NCBI GenBank assembly: GCA_965649765.1
Contig: OZ287754.1
Span: 1,860,001-1,924,000 of the forward strand
Source: Bispira polyomma
Lineage: Eukaryota
Length of the DNA stretch: 64,000 bases
Reading direction: 5' to 3'
The notes under the pieces are model-generated. The model did not search any database, was not told the DNA's origin, and saw only the letters and a program-made list of their open reading frames with translations. Position 1 is the stretch's first letter. The number at the start of each line of letters is the position of its first letter. Below are positions 1 through 13,170 of this stretch, piece by piece. Both the position numbers and the translations under genes were made by a program.

Positions 1-1937
1 CAGCCATATGTTTCTAATGCCAAGAAATCGTCCTTAGTTTTATTAAAGCCAACCACTAGAACCACTGCCATGTTGTCACAGAAAACTCTTATTACATTGT
101 GAGACCACTGCTTTCCCCATAATTTAAGTGCTAAGATAATATTTAGCATTTCAATGTGTACAATAGACACTTGCTTATTGTACACATTATAAAAAGGTGT
201 TGCATCAACTTGATTATTAAAGCAGCAACCTAGATCTGTTAGGCATGCGTCGATATATACTATGTTATTGTTACTAGTAATTGGAGAAATAAAGTTAATA
301 CCATTATAATTTTTCAAATATTTTATGAACCAGCTTATGTCTGCTCTCATTTCGTTTGTAATTTTAAATCTTTTTACCTGTGCATTAGCCCGAAAAGCCA
401 TGAGTAGTCTATTGATAAAAATTCTGGCTGGCTTGACAGACTTATGGATATACAGTAATTTTCCTAAGATGGACTGGAATTTTGCTCTGGAAATCCACTG
501 CTTTTCATAGACTTCCTTACATAGTTGAAATGTTTCTTCGATTTTCTTCTGGGTAATACTGATAGTTCCTGCCTGTATGTCTATATCTATCCCTAAACAA
601 GTAACCTTAGTGTCAGGAGGTGACAGTTTGTCTGGATTGGTAGGGAGACCTAAAGAATCTACTAATTTTTGTAACTCATGAAATGCTCTATTTGCTGTGT
701 CTTTATTCGATATGCAGACGGAGTCGTCGATGTAGCAGAAGACTTTATGGTTGTGCTTAGCCATGACGTAGGCAATCATGTTCGAACAGCACTAAAACGC
801 GGCCGAGCCGTGGATCCAGCCGAACGCTATCGCTGGATCCACGTACTTATCATCTCCAAAGCAGATACCTAGCTTGATAGCATCAACCAGGTCAACTTGT
901 AAGTTCCTGAAAGCTCTGGCCACGTCCAGTTTCATGATTCGTGCTTCCGGTGTAGCTTGTATTTCTGCTAAAATGTCATCTATCGTTACAAATTTTAGAA
1001 CAAATTTTGTACTGTCGAATGCTTACTTATCTACATTGTCATTAAGCAAGGCCCCTTGTGGGTATGATAGATTTAAAATAACGCGGCGTTTGTTTGTGTT
1101 CTTTGGACACGTGAGTAGAGGGGAGCAGTGGTATAAGTCACTTTCTATATTCTTTACTGGGCCTAACATGGCACCATGAGCACTTTCTTTCTCTAGATAT
1201 TCCCTAACTGCAGTGTTATATTGGAGGGCAGAATAGTGGTTGTTTGCTTTTTGTATGTTTAATTGATCAGGTTTAGTAAGAGATAGAGGGAAGCCAAATT
1301 TTAAATATTGAAATAATAATTTATCTGGGTGATCTTTAAGAATTTCCTCCCAACTGTCTAGGTTCAAACCCGAGACCAATGGAATTCTAGCCCCTCTGTA
1401 ATTGGGGACCCCAGTTGAGTGAATAATGTTTGCAATATCTAATAGTTGTGGTATACTTGATATAAGAATGGGCTTCCTATCTGGGCCTTGAAATGTAAAG
1501 CTTGTGTCTGATAGAGCAATGAAGCCCTTATCCTTGTTGGGCAAGTTAAAGTCATAAAACTTTTCTTTATTAGTAAGTTTCTTATCAGTAGAAATTTCTG
1601 AAATTTTGTCGAAGAGGTCGGGCGACGCCATGATTATCTTGTCCTGCACACCCTTGTTCACATTATATACTTTATTCACACTACATACATTACTAGGTAA
1701 TTTAATACTATTCTGCTGCAAGTCAGCTTCGTTCATTTCTAATATATCATCTATAATTCCTGTGATGTGACTAGTGTAATCACACCCATATGTTTTAATA
1801 CATTCAACATTCTTGTTGTAATTGTCATATATCTGTTTGGGTGTTAAGTCACCCATAACCAAATTAGTTTCATTTACTTTATAATTTACATTATCTATAA
1901 ATTCAGTTAATGTCACTTCAGTCACCACAGTATACAA
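1..1937 (-). pseudogene. DIRS-type reverse transcriptase/RNase H with in-frame stops
   Basis: ORF 1023-1937 continues in frame past the stop at 1023-1025 through YIDD and the RNase H DAC/CDN motifs. Confidence 0.85.
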
Positions 1938-2006
1938 AATGTCCAGTGGACTAGTTGGTAGCTGTTCACATTTAATATGGTTACATGATTGCCGATTGGC
2001 ATTGTA

Positions 2007-2804
2007 TTACTGGATAAAAAACCCTGCCATTTTTGATTTTTGGATCTTTATATATAAAACTGGGAGTGGGTAATCCCAATGGTTGAATTTATGCGACCAA
2101 TTTGTCACTGGTATGGTGGCCTTAGCCATTATTGCAGGCTTGCTTAACCAGTTCTTATTTTTAGTCTGGTTCGGTATATCTGTGCTATTAAACCGCCCAG
2201 ACTTTTGACGTGGGGTCGGCTTACCTTGGTCGAGTGTCTTCTGTGCTTGGATCTCATATTCTACTAGCCGTTTGTTCACTAGTGCTTGGACGTCGGGTAG
2301 TGACCTTAATACATCCACCGTAGGCACTATAGCATAGGCTGTATAGTCGACGTGAGCAGGAGATGGTACAGTTACTACAGGTAATGGCTGTGCTACAGTC
2401 GGGTTGGTCTGTGTGTTGTGAGCCGGCAAAGTAGTATTCTGGCTTACCCGTGTTTCCATCTGGTCAAGTCGACTCGTGATCCGTTCATAGGATTGCGAAA
2501 GTTTGTCCAGCATTGCCAGCATTGACAACATAATCTGGCCATCCGAACTTGACCCTATGGGGATGTTATGTTGCTGCTAAAGGCCTTGTAAACGAGGATC
2601 TACCGTGTGAATATGGGTTCCGTGAAGTAACGGGGAGGCGAATTGAGCAGATAATACCTGGTTCAATGGGGTCTGTTGCTCTGTGGTGCTGTTGTCACTG
2701 GCTTCCCTGCTCACCAATTTCCGTCGAGACGTTTTGGCTTTACTGGTACTTTTACTAATCTCTTTTTTCTTATTATCCGATGGTGTCTTCTTTGTTCTAC
2801 CCAT
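2007..2804 (-). pseudogene. DIRS gag-like ORF1 (disrupted)
   Basis: Basic N-terminus (MGRTKK...), short coiled coil, and PTVDVLR...V..RL...KSGR, which parallels the ORF1 at 60851-61675. Confidence 0.6.
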
Positions 2805-5751
2805 CCTTGTACTGTATATGCTAAACTCAGAATTACCAAACAAACAAAATAAACTAAAATACTAAAACATACAATCAATATAATAAAGTTCATGTATTAA
2901 ACGTGGATTTTCACTGATAACTTTTCCCCATGTTGCTTTTTCAGGGCCACGTTTTAAAATGAAGACTAGAAAAAGGTGGGAAAAAGTATTGTTCTCCCAC
3001 ACAAAGAAAATGGGTGTATGTATGGCTGGATAGACAGAGTGAATAGTTAGTCGACTCGCCCCCAGGTATTAAGGTAGTTATAAATTTTATTATGTGTGAG
3101 GGTGAACTGAAGTGGCAGACCCCTTCATGGTTGTGCTTGCTAAATAGAGGTCATCCCATATCAATGTCTTTCGTTATAAAACTGTTGCTTTGCTAGCATA
3201 CTGATATTGGTACACAGCATCACCATTTTCTAGTAAGCACTCTACTTGTGTTTGTTCAGTGTGGAGCTGAGTTAATGAAGTTTAATTAGTCTGCCACACT
3301 TAATGGGAGCTCTTATTGCCTTGTGTGATCAGAAGTGGAGAAAAACACACAGGAGAGGTTGGCAACATAAGATGCTAGGCAAGTCATATGTAACACAGAC
3401 AGAAAAAAAACAGAGAAAGAAGGCTCATTTGAGGATTTTTTGAGTCAGAAGATTAGGAGGTGTAGATTTATTCATAATATTCTGGAAAGATATACTGTAA
3501 TTGTAATTTGACTTTTATAGCTCTTCATCTCCCTCTTACCAAGGAAGTCTAAGGCGCAACAGCACCAAGACAGTGATCCAATTTCAATAACCAGGAACAG
3601 AAAAAAGGTCGGCAACATAGATAACACCAGGCTAACCAAATATATCTTGTTTTATCGTTGTTAATGTTAATTTTTCCTTATATTTGTGGTTAATATATTT
3701 GTCTGCTATAAGGTACAAAGACATAAGTTTATTTCATAAGAGAAATTAAAGAATTAATTAACTTACAACTAAAATACCTGTCTGGTATCGTGTCATAGGT
3801 GACCTAAATATATTTGCTGATGCAAGAAAATTGTTACTACTTAAGCATGGAATGACACTCTGAACTGGATTAAACCCTCAAAAAGTGTATCACCAAGTAC
3901 ACTGGATTCAAAAATCTTGCCTTTCTAGACAGATCAAATGGCTGAACAAAGATGCTTGCTAGAAGTGTAAAATTCAAATGATAGAAATAAAACCAGTGCA
4001 ATGTAGCTAACAAGAACAAGCATCAACAGACAAGCATCAACAGACATTGACACACATTTTGTACGTATACCATGAGGCTAAACTTGCCATCTATTTCTTG
4101 ATACAGAATATAATTTGTGTCACCAACCCAACATCACTTCAGACTTCCTTGAATAATGCATTACTTGTCATTTCTGATCAGATTAACTGGATTTATTTTT
4201 ATAAGGGTTATGCAATTTCATCATATTTTGCAATGATACTCCTTTTCTTTTGAAATACATTGGAAATTTTAGATGTAAATTGAGTGCAGTTTTGGTGCAT
4301 CTTGATGTAATGAAGACATTATTATCTGTATTGCAGGTTAACATAGAGATAAATATCACAAAAGAGAAATAAGTAATCCAAATCGGTGGGTAAAATAAGA
4401 TGATTTAGCTATTCCTGGATGAATTCAGCTTATAAGTCTTTCCAAGTAGAGAGTATTTCTTTTGATAAATAGTGCTGTAAGTTTAGTCATTGGTAGGGTA
4501 TAATTGGAAAAGTATACATTCTTACTCTAAGAATTACTCTTATTCTCAGAAATATTGTTAGTCAACCCAGGATTTCTGAGAAAAATTCTAACAACAAGAA
4601 TTTGGCCATTCACTAGAATTTTCCTTTTCTTCTCCATATTTGCAGACAAGAGTATTGTAAACCGTGGTCACATGAGCATCATAAAATATGTATGCCGACA
4701 TTTCTATTTACAATTATTATCTAAAAATTGCCTTGTGAATACGATTTTACTCTAAGAATAAGAAAATTCTTAGATAAGAGCATTTTCAAATTTTAAGAAA
4801 AGTTCGAGGTGCCTCAGACAATTAAATAAATTGTATGAGTGATAAAATACAACATGTAGTTTCCAAGAACGTGATGTAAATCGTAACAAATACCCATCTT
4901 GTCAACAGTATCAGTTGTCCATTGTATAAAAACAATACAGAGCATATCATTGGAAATAGTATGCAGTTTATAAGGGAGAATTATATTAGTGTTTAATTTG
5001 TTGCTAGTAAAACAGGGTAAAACATTATTAGTAATTAATATTCTTGCCTGTGTTTTAATATGTCTCTCAAGTTATCAATTTGACATTAACATACATTTCT
5101 TTTCCTAGAACAAGAGCCTTGTGACCCCGTCTGTAGTAATTGACACACTTATTAATTCTCTGCTGTTCTCCATGTATAAACTATGTTGTGTTGATCTGTT
5201 AGTGTTCTGAATAAGTCCACTTCCACTATAAGTGCCCAGCGAACTTGTCTCAATCGTACTTGACTCTTGCTGAAATATCTAGTTGTTTTTTGGAAAACTC
5301 GAACTGTGTTTTCATCATTAAAATATTTGCAATGTCCACTAAATTAACTCATGCTCAATGCATAGAATGGTCGTTTAGTAATAAAGGTGTTTATAGTAAA
5401 GGCAAAGTATTAATATAACCAAGGTAACGTACAGATTGAAGCTTGGACTAGACTACAAAATATATATATATATATATACCTCTATAGTTCATACACATGA
5501 ACAGGTACTACTGTCTATCTCAGAATATAGGGTTGTCCGCATAATTCTAGATTCAGAATCATCAAAATACACTACACCACCGGTTTAGAGGTAAGCCATA
5601 ATAAGGAGTTGTGAAACTAATGTTAATGCTTTACTTCTGCAGTGCCACAATCAATGACCAGACACCCTCTGTGGTGCACATGAAATGTAATCTTCCAAGG
5701 TTTATGCATTAGTTGCTTTACACAAGTTATATTTATTGACTTGTTTTGCAG

Positions 5752-7580
5752 GTCTTTTCCCCCTTTTAAGGCTGCTGAGGGAGAGTTTAGTAGCGAGGTA
5801 GTGAGGCTGTTGAGAGACAACAGCTTTAAAAATGGTTACGTGCATTTTAAACAGGATGCCATAGTGAATAGAAAGCCAGTGAAGTTTCTTTAGGTATGGA
5901 GTGACATCAGTACGGATTCCCATACGTAAGATGAATCTACATAGATAGTTTTGAATGGACTGCAACTTGTTAATGTGGGACATATTGGCTCCATACAGAA
6001 GAGAATTACAGTAGTAAAGGCGGCTACTTACAAGACCTTTGGCCACAGTGATAGTAGTATTTAGTGACAAATAATTTCTGATTCTTTTGAGGTCCCGAAT
6101 GTGATAGTAACAGGAGCGGCAGATGCTGTTAATGTGAGGAAGAAATGAAAAAGCAGGGTCGATAGTGACGCCTAGGTTTTTGACCTGGTCTGAAGGTTGA
6201 ATCTCATTGCCCAGCAGTGTGATTGGGAAAAGTGATCTGAAGTATTCACTGTGTTTCTTATTTTCAATTAGGATGAATTCAGTTTTGTCAGGGTTTAGTT
6301 TCAGCTTGGAGTAGTTCATCCACACTTGAACTGAGAAGAGACAGTCGGCAAGTAAATCCAGGTTGTATCCGGCATTCTGAGTGTTAAGAGAGAGATAGAT
6401 TTGAGTGTCATCAGCATACATGTGATGTTTAAAATTGTGATTATTGATGACAAAACTGAGAGGATGGGTGTAGAGGGTAAACAGTAAAGGGCCGAGAACT
6501 GTCCCCTGGGAAACTCCAAATGGTAGGTTAAAAGAGGATAAAAAATGGTTGCCTAATTTGATTTTTTGGGTTATAAGAGCAAGGTATGATTTGATCCAAT
6601 CAAGGACAGTACCATTAAGATCAAACCACTGTTTTAGGGTGTCAACGATTAAGCCATGGTCGATGGTATCAAAAGCTGCGGAGAGATCGAGAAGGGTGAG
6701 GGCTACCGTATCATCATGATCCAAGGCAAGGTTAATTTTGTCACTGATTGAAAGGTGGGCACTCTCCGTGGAGTGAAATTTTCTGTAGACAGATTGGTGG
6801 CAGTTAGCTAGATTTTGTTTTTTTTGGTGGTCATGAATTTCTTTAGCAACAGCTTTCTCAATAAGTTTAGATACAAAGTTGAGGTTAGAGACTGGTCTAT
6901 AATTTTTTAGTCCATTTTTGTCAAGGCCTGGTTTTTCAGCAAGGGGATGGTGGGCAAAACTGTAGCATTGTTGAAAAACCAATCAATGAAAAAATTTTCA
7001 AATTTCTCAGCAAGAAATGTGAGGCAGTGATTTTTCAGTGACTTTTTCAGCTGTGCGGTGGAGTATCTGATTTATGGAGCTCCATAACCGTTTTGGTGAG
7101 TTTGAGTTCTCATTGATGATTGAATCATAATGCTCTTTTTTGGCTCTGGTCATTAGTGCATTGAAGTGGTTTGTGGCGATTCTGTAGTGCTTACTGTCAA
7201 GTGATGATTTAGTGCGCCGCCATAGCCACTAAAGTTGACGTTTATGCCTTTTAGCTTCCTTGATTTCTGGGTTTGTCCATTCATGGGGGTCAGAAAGTGG
7301 GAGGGTTTTAGAAGCGCAAGGAGCATGACTGTTAAGGATTGAGGACAAAGTATGGTAATATTGTAGACTTTCTGCATTTCTACAAGGGTGTTTAATGAAG
7401 CGAGACTTTCTGCATTTTTACAAGGGTGTTTAATGAGGCGAGAAGCAAGTATGTCATCCCGATATTTGGGAATATTAATTTTCCTGATGTTGCAGAATTT
7501 TATTACCTTCGGTTTGTGTGAGAGTGGTTTGGGGAGCACGAGGTGTGCAAAAGTGGCAAGATGGTAAGACACCCTGTCAG
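5752..7580 (-). mobile_element. L2/CR1-group non-LTR retrotransposon, 5'-truncated ORF2 (RT)
   Basis: ORF 5702-6982 has NYRPVSNL, LLDLSAAFDT, GVSQGTVLGP, YADD and LHWL. An internal 38-bp tandem duplication lies at 7366-7441. The paralogous site at ~20905-20925 lacks the insertion. Confidence 0.9.
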
Positions 7581-8519
7581 TAACCCATACATCCTGTATC
7601 AGCGGTGTCATCATTTGTGCAGGTGCCACATAAATAGAATAAATTCTCTCTTTATATATATATATAACAAGAAAAAACTTTGCTATAATATTCCTATTGA
7701 CATATTTAATGAGGTTCGAGGCTGGGCTAATGCAGATCAATCAGCTACACCTACTGTGAGTTGTTGTTGCCTTCAATAGTTATACAAAGAGCAGGACAGG
7801 TTAGTGACATGAGATATGTAGTCCATTCTTATGTGACACAAAAACAAGCAGAGCAGCAAAGCTGACCTAAAAACAACAATATACCAATGTGATGTTTTGT
7901 TGGAACATAATATCACTCTATTAACATTTTTAGGTAATATATTTCATTGTTTCATTCATACTAACATATTTTTAGTGGAATGTACTTTACAACAGCTAAT
8001 ATTAAATCCTAATATTTTTACTTATACAATATATTTTTACTCAAAACTGTATAAAAACAGTGGAAGTAATATAAGAGTGCAGTTCACCACACATTTGCAG
8101 TGAGTGTGGTTATCCCTTGTTCAGATAGAAAAAACATAAAATCAACAATTAGATTTACAATGATTAGATTAATATTGTGTTTATTTTTACTATAAGTCGA
8201 GCTGATATTATATCATTATAATTGATACAACCCAAACATTAATCAAGTGAAACAAAAATTATTTTACATATTTATTTGTAATGGGCTTCTATATTGAACT
8301 TTGTTAATATTTATTTGTAATAAATATTACAGACAGTGATTTATCAAAAATGTAATATTATTTTTTATATTGACATCAATTGAAAATTAATTATTGTCAG
8401 CTAAATAACCTTTACTGGCTGATGACCAGCATCAGTAACTGTGATTCCCCACAGTTCTTCAGCCTGCTGCTTGGGATATGACCTAAATGACAGATGACCA
8501 TCATTTTGTAGATCCTGTG

Positions 8520-8890
8520 TCTGATGTTTCAGACTAGGGTTGAAACCAGGCCCTACACATTTCTTAGTGGGTGTATTGCACACTAGGTCACAGTGGTAGA
8601 TAAAGAGATCCTAGTAACTATCTCTGTATACTTGTAAAATACACTGATTATCTTGCAGTTATCTAGAGCCCCAGTCTGGGATTGAATACAGGTTCTCTTC
8701 ATGTCCAAGCGAGTTTGTGACACACTAAGTCAAAAATAGTAAATAAATCAACAGTTACTAAGAGTGCACAGCTCAAAATGATTTTCTAAGCCACTATGTA
8801 TCCAGCTGTAAACTAAGCCTGGGAATTGAACCAGGTCCTACTCATTTGATAGTGTATGTATTATATCGTTGGTCACAGTTGTTAACAATG
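8520..8890 (-). repeat. Three tandem degenerate tRNA-like (Pol III A/B-box) units
   Basis: On the reverse strand, A-box-like TGACCTAGTGT/TGACTTAGTGT and B-box-like GGTTTCAACCC/GGTTCAATTCC occur at tRNA spacing, with a ~145-bp period. Confidence 0.55.
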
Positions 8891-9964
8891 CAAGGTTAGT
8901 AACAGTGTAAAAATGTATATTGCAAAGAAAAGAAAAGCATTATTTCCTGTCATGATAGCCCAGTAATGCTGGAGCATGCATGGCTGCCATAAATCCCCTC
9001 AAAACCTTTTGTAATCACCTTAACCTGCCAGCTTTATGACTCTTAGTATGAAGCAAATGCAAATAACAGAGAGGTGACTGATGGTAGTGGGGGCAGTGGA
9101 TGATTTGGTTCTCACTAAAGGTCAAATATTTGTGGGTCTTGGGCGATCAGGATTTATGGGAAAGGAAATGAAAAAGACTGATCTATTTTTTACACCCAGA
9201 AGCCATCTGCTGTGGGCAAAGTTGAACTTATTTCTAATTTAATTAACTGCAATCTAATTAGACTTGCAGTTTTCTTCTTAATGTATCCTGGGGAAATGTG
9301 AGGTTTATTTTGTGCCATTCACTTTGAAAAGTTTGATTGTTGAAGTTATCGTTACATGAGTTCACAGTGCAGTGTCTTACTCATGACCATTATGTTTCTA
9401 GATGCTGTAGAGGCAGTTGTGGGTTCCAGTCTCATTCCTGTGATGTGTGGGTAAAATCGTACTGTAGATTGGCTGACACAGGGGCTTTGTAAGTTGTAAA
9501 AGTGACTGTTCTGTTTTTGTTAGACCAATAATCTGCCTGTTTGTATGTAATATATACAGTTGTTCAAAGTACTATTAAACTAGGCCATATTTAAAATCCT
9601 TACCAGAAATTTCTTGTCTGCAAAGCATTAAAATGACAAAAATCGATATCCTCATCAGTCTTGATCAACAACCCTTTGTTGCTACTTTTCTCGACAAATT
9701 AACTGCAATCTAATCAGACTTGCAGTTGCTTCATAATCTATGCTGGGGATAGACAAACAACCAACAGTAATAGTTCCAATTAAGCTAAATGCTCTTTTTG
9801 GAAAAAAAACAACAAAACCAAAAGTACAGGCAACTCCCCCAAATAATTTACACATGACTGTGCCCATTAGTATTAGTGGGGGGGGAGTTGCTACTCTTTA
9901 TATTGTCATTACACTTAAACCAATCACTGCTGTATTTGTATTGTATTTTTCATTTTTAGTAACA

Positions 9965-10340
9965 TAGTGGTAGCGACTGAGAAAGCTCTACACCCAGCCC
10001 TCTTTCCTCTCTTGTAAATGACGAATAGACGAGTAGCAATGTCGGATTGTTTAGATCTATAATAATAGTGACAGTGGATTTTAAACAGAATTTGACAATG
10101 AATGGGAAGCCAATATAATTTGCTAAAGTGTGAACATGCCCAGACCATAAATGACTTATGCTTTGCAGAGGAAGTACAAAGTCTCTTTCCTCTCTGGTAA
10201 ATGACGAATAGACGAGTAGCAATGTCGGATGTTTAGAACTATAATAATAGTGACAGTGGATTTTAAACAGAATTTGACAATGAATGGGGAGCCAATATAA
10301 TTTGCTGAAGTGTGTAGATGCCCAGACAATAAATGACTCT
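9965..10340 (-). mobile_element. L2/CR1 3' fragment, tandemly duplicated (~183-bp period)
   Basis: KLYWLPIHCQILFKI occurs twice, followed by GCRAFSVA; near-identical copies at 10000-10157 and 10183-10339. Confidence 0.75.
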
Positions 10341-12949
10341 ATACAATTCTCATTACAATCCCACCTAATCAGTCCGTAAACTCTACCCCTAAATATCAAC
10401 CAGGAGATTTTCTTAGTTTCACCGTAGATCCAGTTTTTGGCGTAATGTTAATGCGTGATGTATACAGGGATGTTCGACCATAAACCATTTTGGGGCTTCT
10501 AGTAGTTCTGAAATCAGCAATCGTATTGTTAGACAATGAATGGGGTAAAAAAACAATTTAAAACTCTTACTTCAAATTTTTAACTAAAGGATTGGGGCCC
10601 AAGTAACACACCATTACAGTTAATATAACTGTATTAAATATCATATTATGCATGTCTTTTTGACTTGATAAACATTTATTTGTAGAAATTGTTATCCATT
10701 TTGGTAAAAAAATAAAACGTAAACACTAAAGTAAACACTGATAATGGAAAAATAATTTTTTGTTGTTGCACAATGGTAACTGTTATGTTTGTGTAAATTA
10801 AAAAAAAACTGAAGGTATGTTTGCATATGTTTGCATATTTAGTATCATTGATGCAATAACCAAACAAGATAAGTTTTCACACAAGATTTTGGTGACATAT
10901 CTTTGTCTTTATCACACAGTTTCTAGAAAAAGCAGAAGTTCCTATCAAACAACCCAATTTTCCAAGTCGATTGGCATCAAGTACATCTATGAGTGTCTTC
11001 ATTCGCCAATGGACTGGAATATCCAGTACTTTTTATACATTGTGGATTGTGGAGTTTTTTGCTCAATATGCCACACACAAAAATTTAAAAAAACTAACAT
11101 AAATGGCTATTATAGATATTGTTAGTTAATTTCAAATTAGATTTAACCCTATATCTTAATATAATCTATATAACCGCTTGTAGTTTTAAAGGATATAATT
11201 TTTTGTTTTACGATATTTGTGCAGTGACATTACCAAGTATTTGTGGCTGAAATTTGCTCATTCAAAGTTCAGTGGTCACATATTTCCAAGTCACATACTG
11301 TGAGGAATATATTATGATGATCATTGTTCTAAAACTCGCCAGTACAGTCAAGTTCCCAAAACATATCATAATGGTGTCAAGAAGCGGGTGGTTATCCTTT
11401 GTGGATATTTGCATGATCCAGTAACGACTGTGTCTATTAAACAACCAAAGGATTCAACCAGACACAACCCTATTTCTCCCAAGTTTATTAGTACATAGTA
11501 GATCCATGAGTAGTTTCCTCCACCAAAGGAGTAAAAATTCCCGATAGTTTAAATACATAGTAGGCTACAGTTTACTATACAATTTGCATTAGACGATCAC
11601 CAATGTAAATCAGTAAAAATGACAATTGGTCAGAATGTTTAGCGATGTTTTTGTTGGAGCTTATGTAATTGTTGTAACTTATGAGTGGTTATCTCTTGTG
11701 AGTGGTGGAATGTACAAGTTTATTAGAATAGTAGTGGCATTAGAATAGTAGTGTAGTGTTTGAACTTATGTTTTGTACTTTGATGGATACAGCAGAAGCT
11801 TTATTATCTGAACACCCTGTGATGGCGATCATCTATTCGGATATTAGAAGAGGCACAGTTTATAGCTTAAACTGATTTGAGATAGAAGAATTATAATTAC
11901 TAAGTTAATTGTAATTTAAAACTCCCTTATCTGAATATTGTCTTTAAGATGTTGTTACGCACAAAGCATAGATCTCCACTTTATAATGATATGGTGGACT
12001 ATTTCAACATATGGACCAAAACAGAAAATATCAGAGACTAATGTAAAATACATGATATTTTACCTGCTTAATGGAAGGAATCAGACACCTCAGACAGCTT
12101 AGGCTTGTGATCTGTGATTAAAACCTCACCAAATGGAGAGATAGATGGCTTTTTGTAATTTTATAAGATTAAAGCTACAAATAGCTTTACCTTGCGACGG
12201 CAAGTGAAGTTACTACTCTATATAATACTCATCAGACTACAAAAATCGGTCTACAACTCCACAAGTAATCTTCCTCAATCATGAGATTCAGTTAGTCCAA
12301 CAGTAGATCCAGTTGATTGCCCAACCTCTGTGTTTTATGACCTCAGGCCTGCAATCGTTATTCCCCTGACTGGGTTATTAAATGGTCATCAGCTGACAGC
12401 ATCCAAACATTGACCCCAGGCTATATAAACCTGCATTAAGACCCGGATGTGTACATATTTTAAGAGTTTTCTAGGAGCTAGGAGAGAAATGATAATGTGT
12501 GATGCAATATAGGAGATCTGACCATAAACTATTGGTGGTCTGAAATCAACAAAGGTTATCTTGTAAGTACATAAACCGGGTAAATGTTTGCTTTACCAAT
12601 ATGCTGACAATTTTTTCTTCTCATTCTGAGTATGGTCATGAAAATGTTCTAATAAAGCACAGATACCACTTTGTAATGATATGGTGAAGTATTTCAATAT
12701 GGAACAACTAAAGAAAAGTTGAGACACATATGTAAACAGATATATTACCTGCTGAATGGATGAAATCAGACGTCTTCAGACAGAGTAGGATTGTGGGGTA
12801 TTTGAGTACAAAATAGAGAGGGAGATGGCTTTTTTGTATTATTGGAAGATTAAAACTTTGAGTAGCTTTACCTTGCAACGGCATACAGTCTGTGAGACTT
12901 CTATCTGGATTTTCTAATTTTCCATTTACTTTTTATTTAGTTTAATGAA

Positions 12950-13170
12950 TCGTTTAGCAACAGAATATTATATGTCAAGAGACAGTTTATTGGTGGAGGA
13001 AATCTGTGTCAGGTAACTTGTCGCTCTTTTCTGTTCTGCAAACCAGTGGACCTTTCAGACATTCTACCGCCAGCTTTCCTGCACATGTATGCCCTGGCCG
13101 AGGATCAAACCCATACCTTACAGAGGCGGAAGGTGAAAGTGTTACCCATAAATGCCATCAAGGTCCCTAG
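12950..13170 (-). mobile_element. Putative tRNA-derived SINE remnant
   Basis: Reverse strand has an A-box-like TGGCATTTATGG and B-box-like GGTTTGATCC; a related piece occurs at ~25460-25540. Confidence 0.4.

Larger units (their letters stand above)
1..3155 (-). mobile_element. DIRS-order (Ngaro/PAT-like) tyrosine-recombinase retrotransposon, 5' part (gag, RT, RNase H); continues beyond the left edge
   Basis: Minus-strand translation gives DIRS-type RT (FGFPL, NHYSA, HCSPL, KRRVILNLSYP, FCYIDD at ~722-740) and RNase H (VYIDAC at ~241-260, VFCDN at ~71-86). Gag-like ORFs at 2007-2531 and 2577-2843. Terminal motif at 3101-3153 is shared with other YR elements in the window. Confidence 0.85.

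Noticed and set aside
8520-8890. Functional tRNA genes
   Set aside because: The A/B boxes are degenerate, and I could not build convincing cloverleafs or anticodons.
10870-11080. Possible RING/TRIM-like pseudo-exon on the minus strand (DIPVHWRMKTLIDVL)
   Set aside because: It contains stops, lacks a complete Cys/His pattern and has no clear splice sites; unsupported without a homology search.
11440-11490. Minus-strand GEIGL resembling a TatD motif
   Set aside because: It is an isolated pentapeptide with no other TatD motifs nearby and is likely chance.
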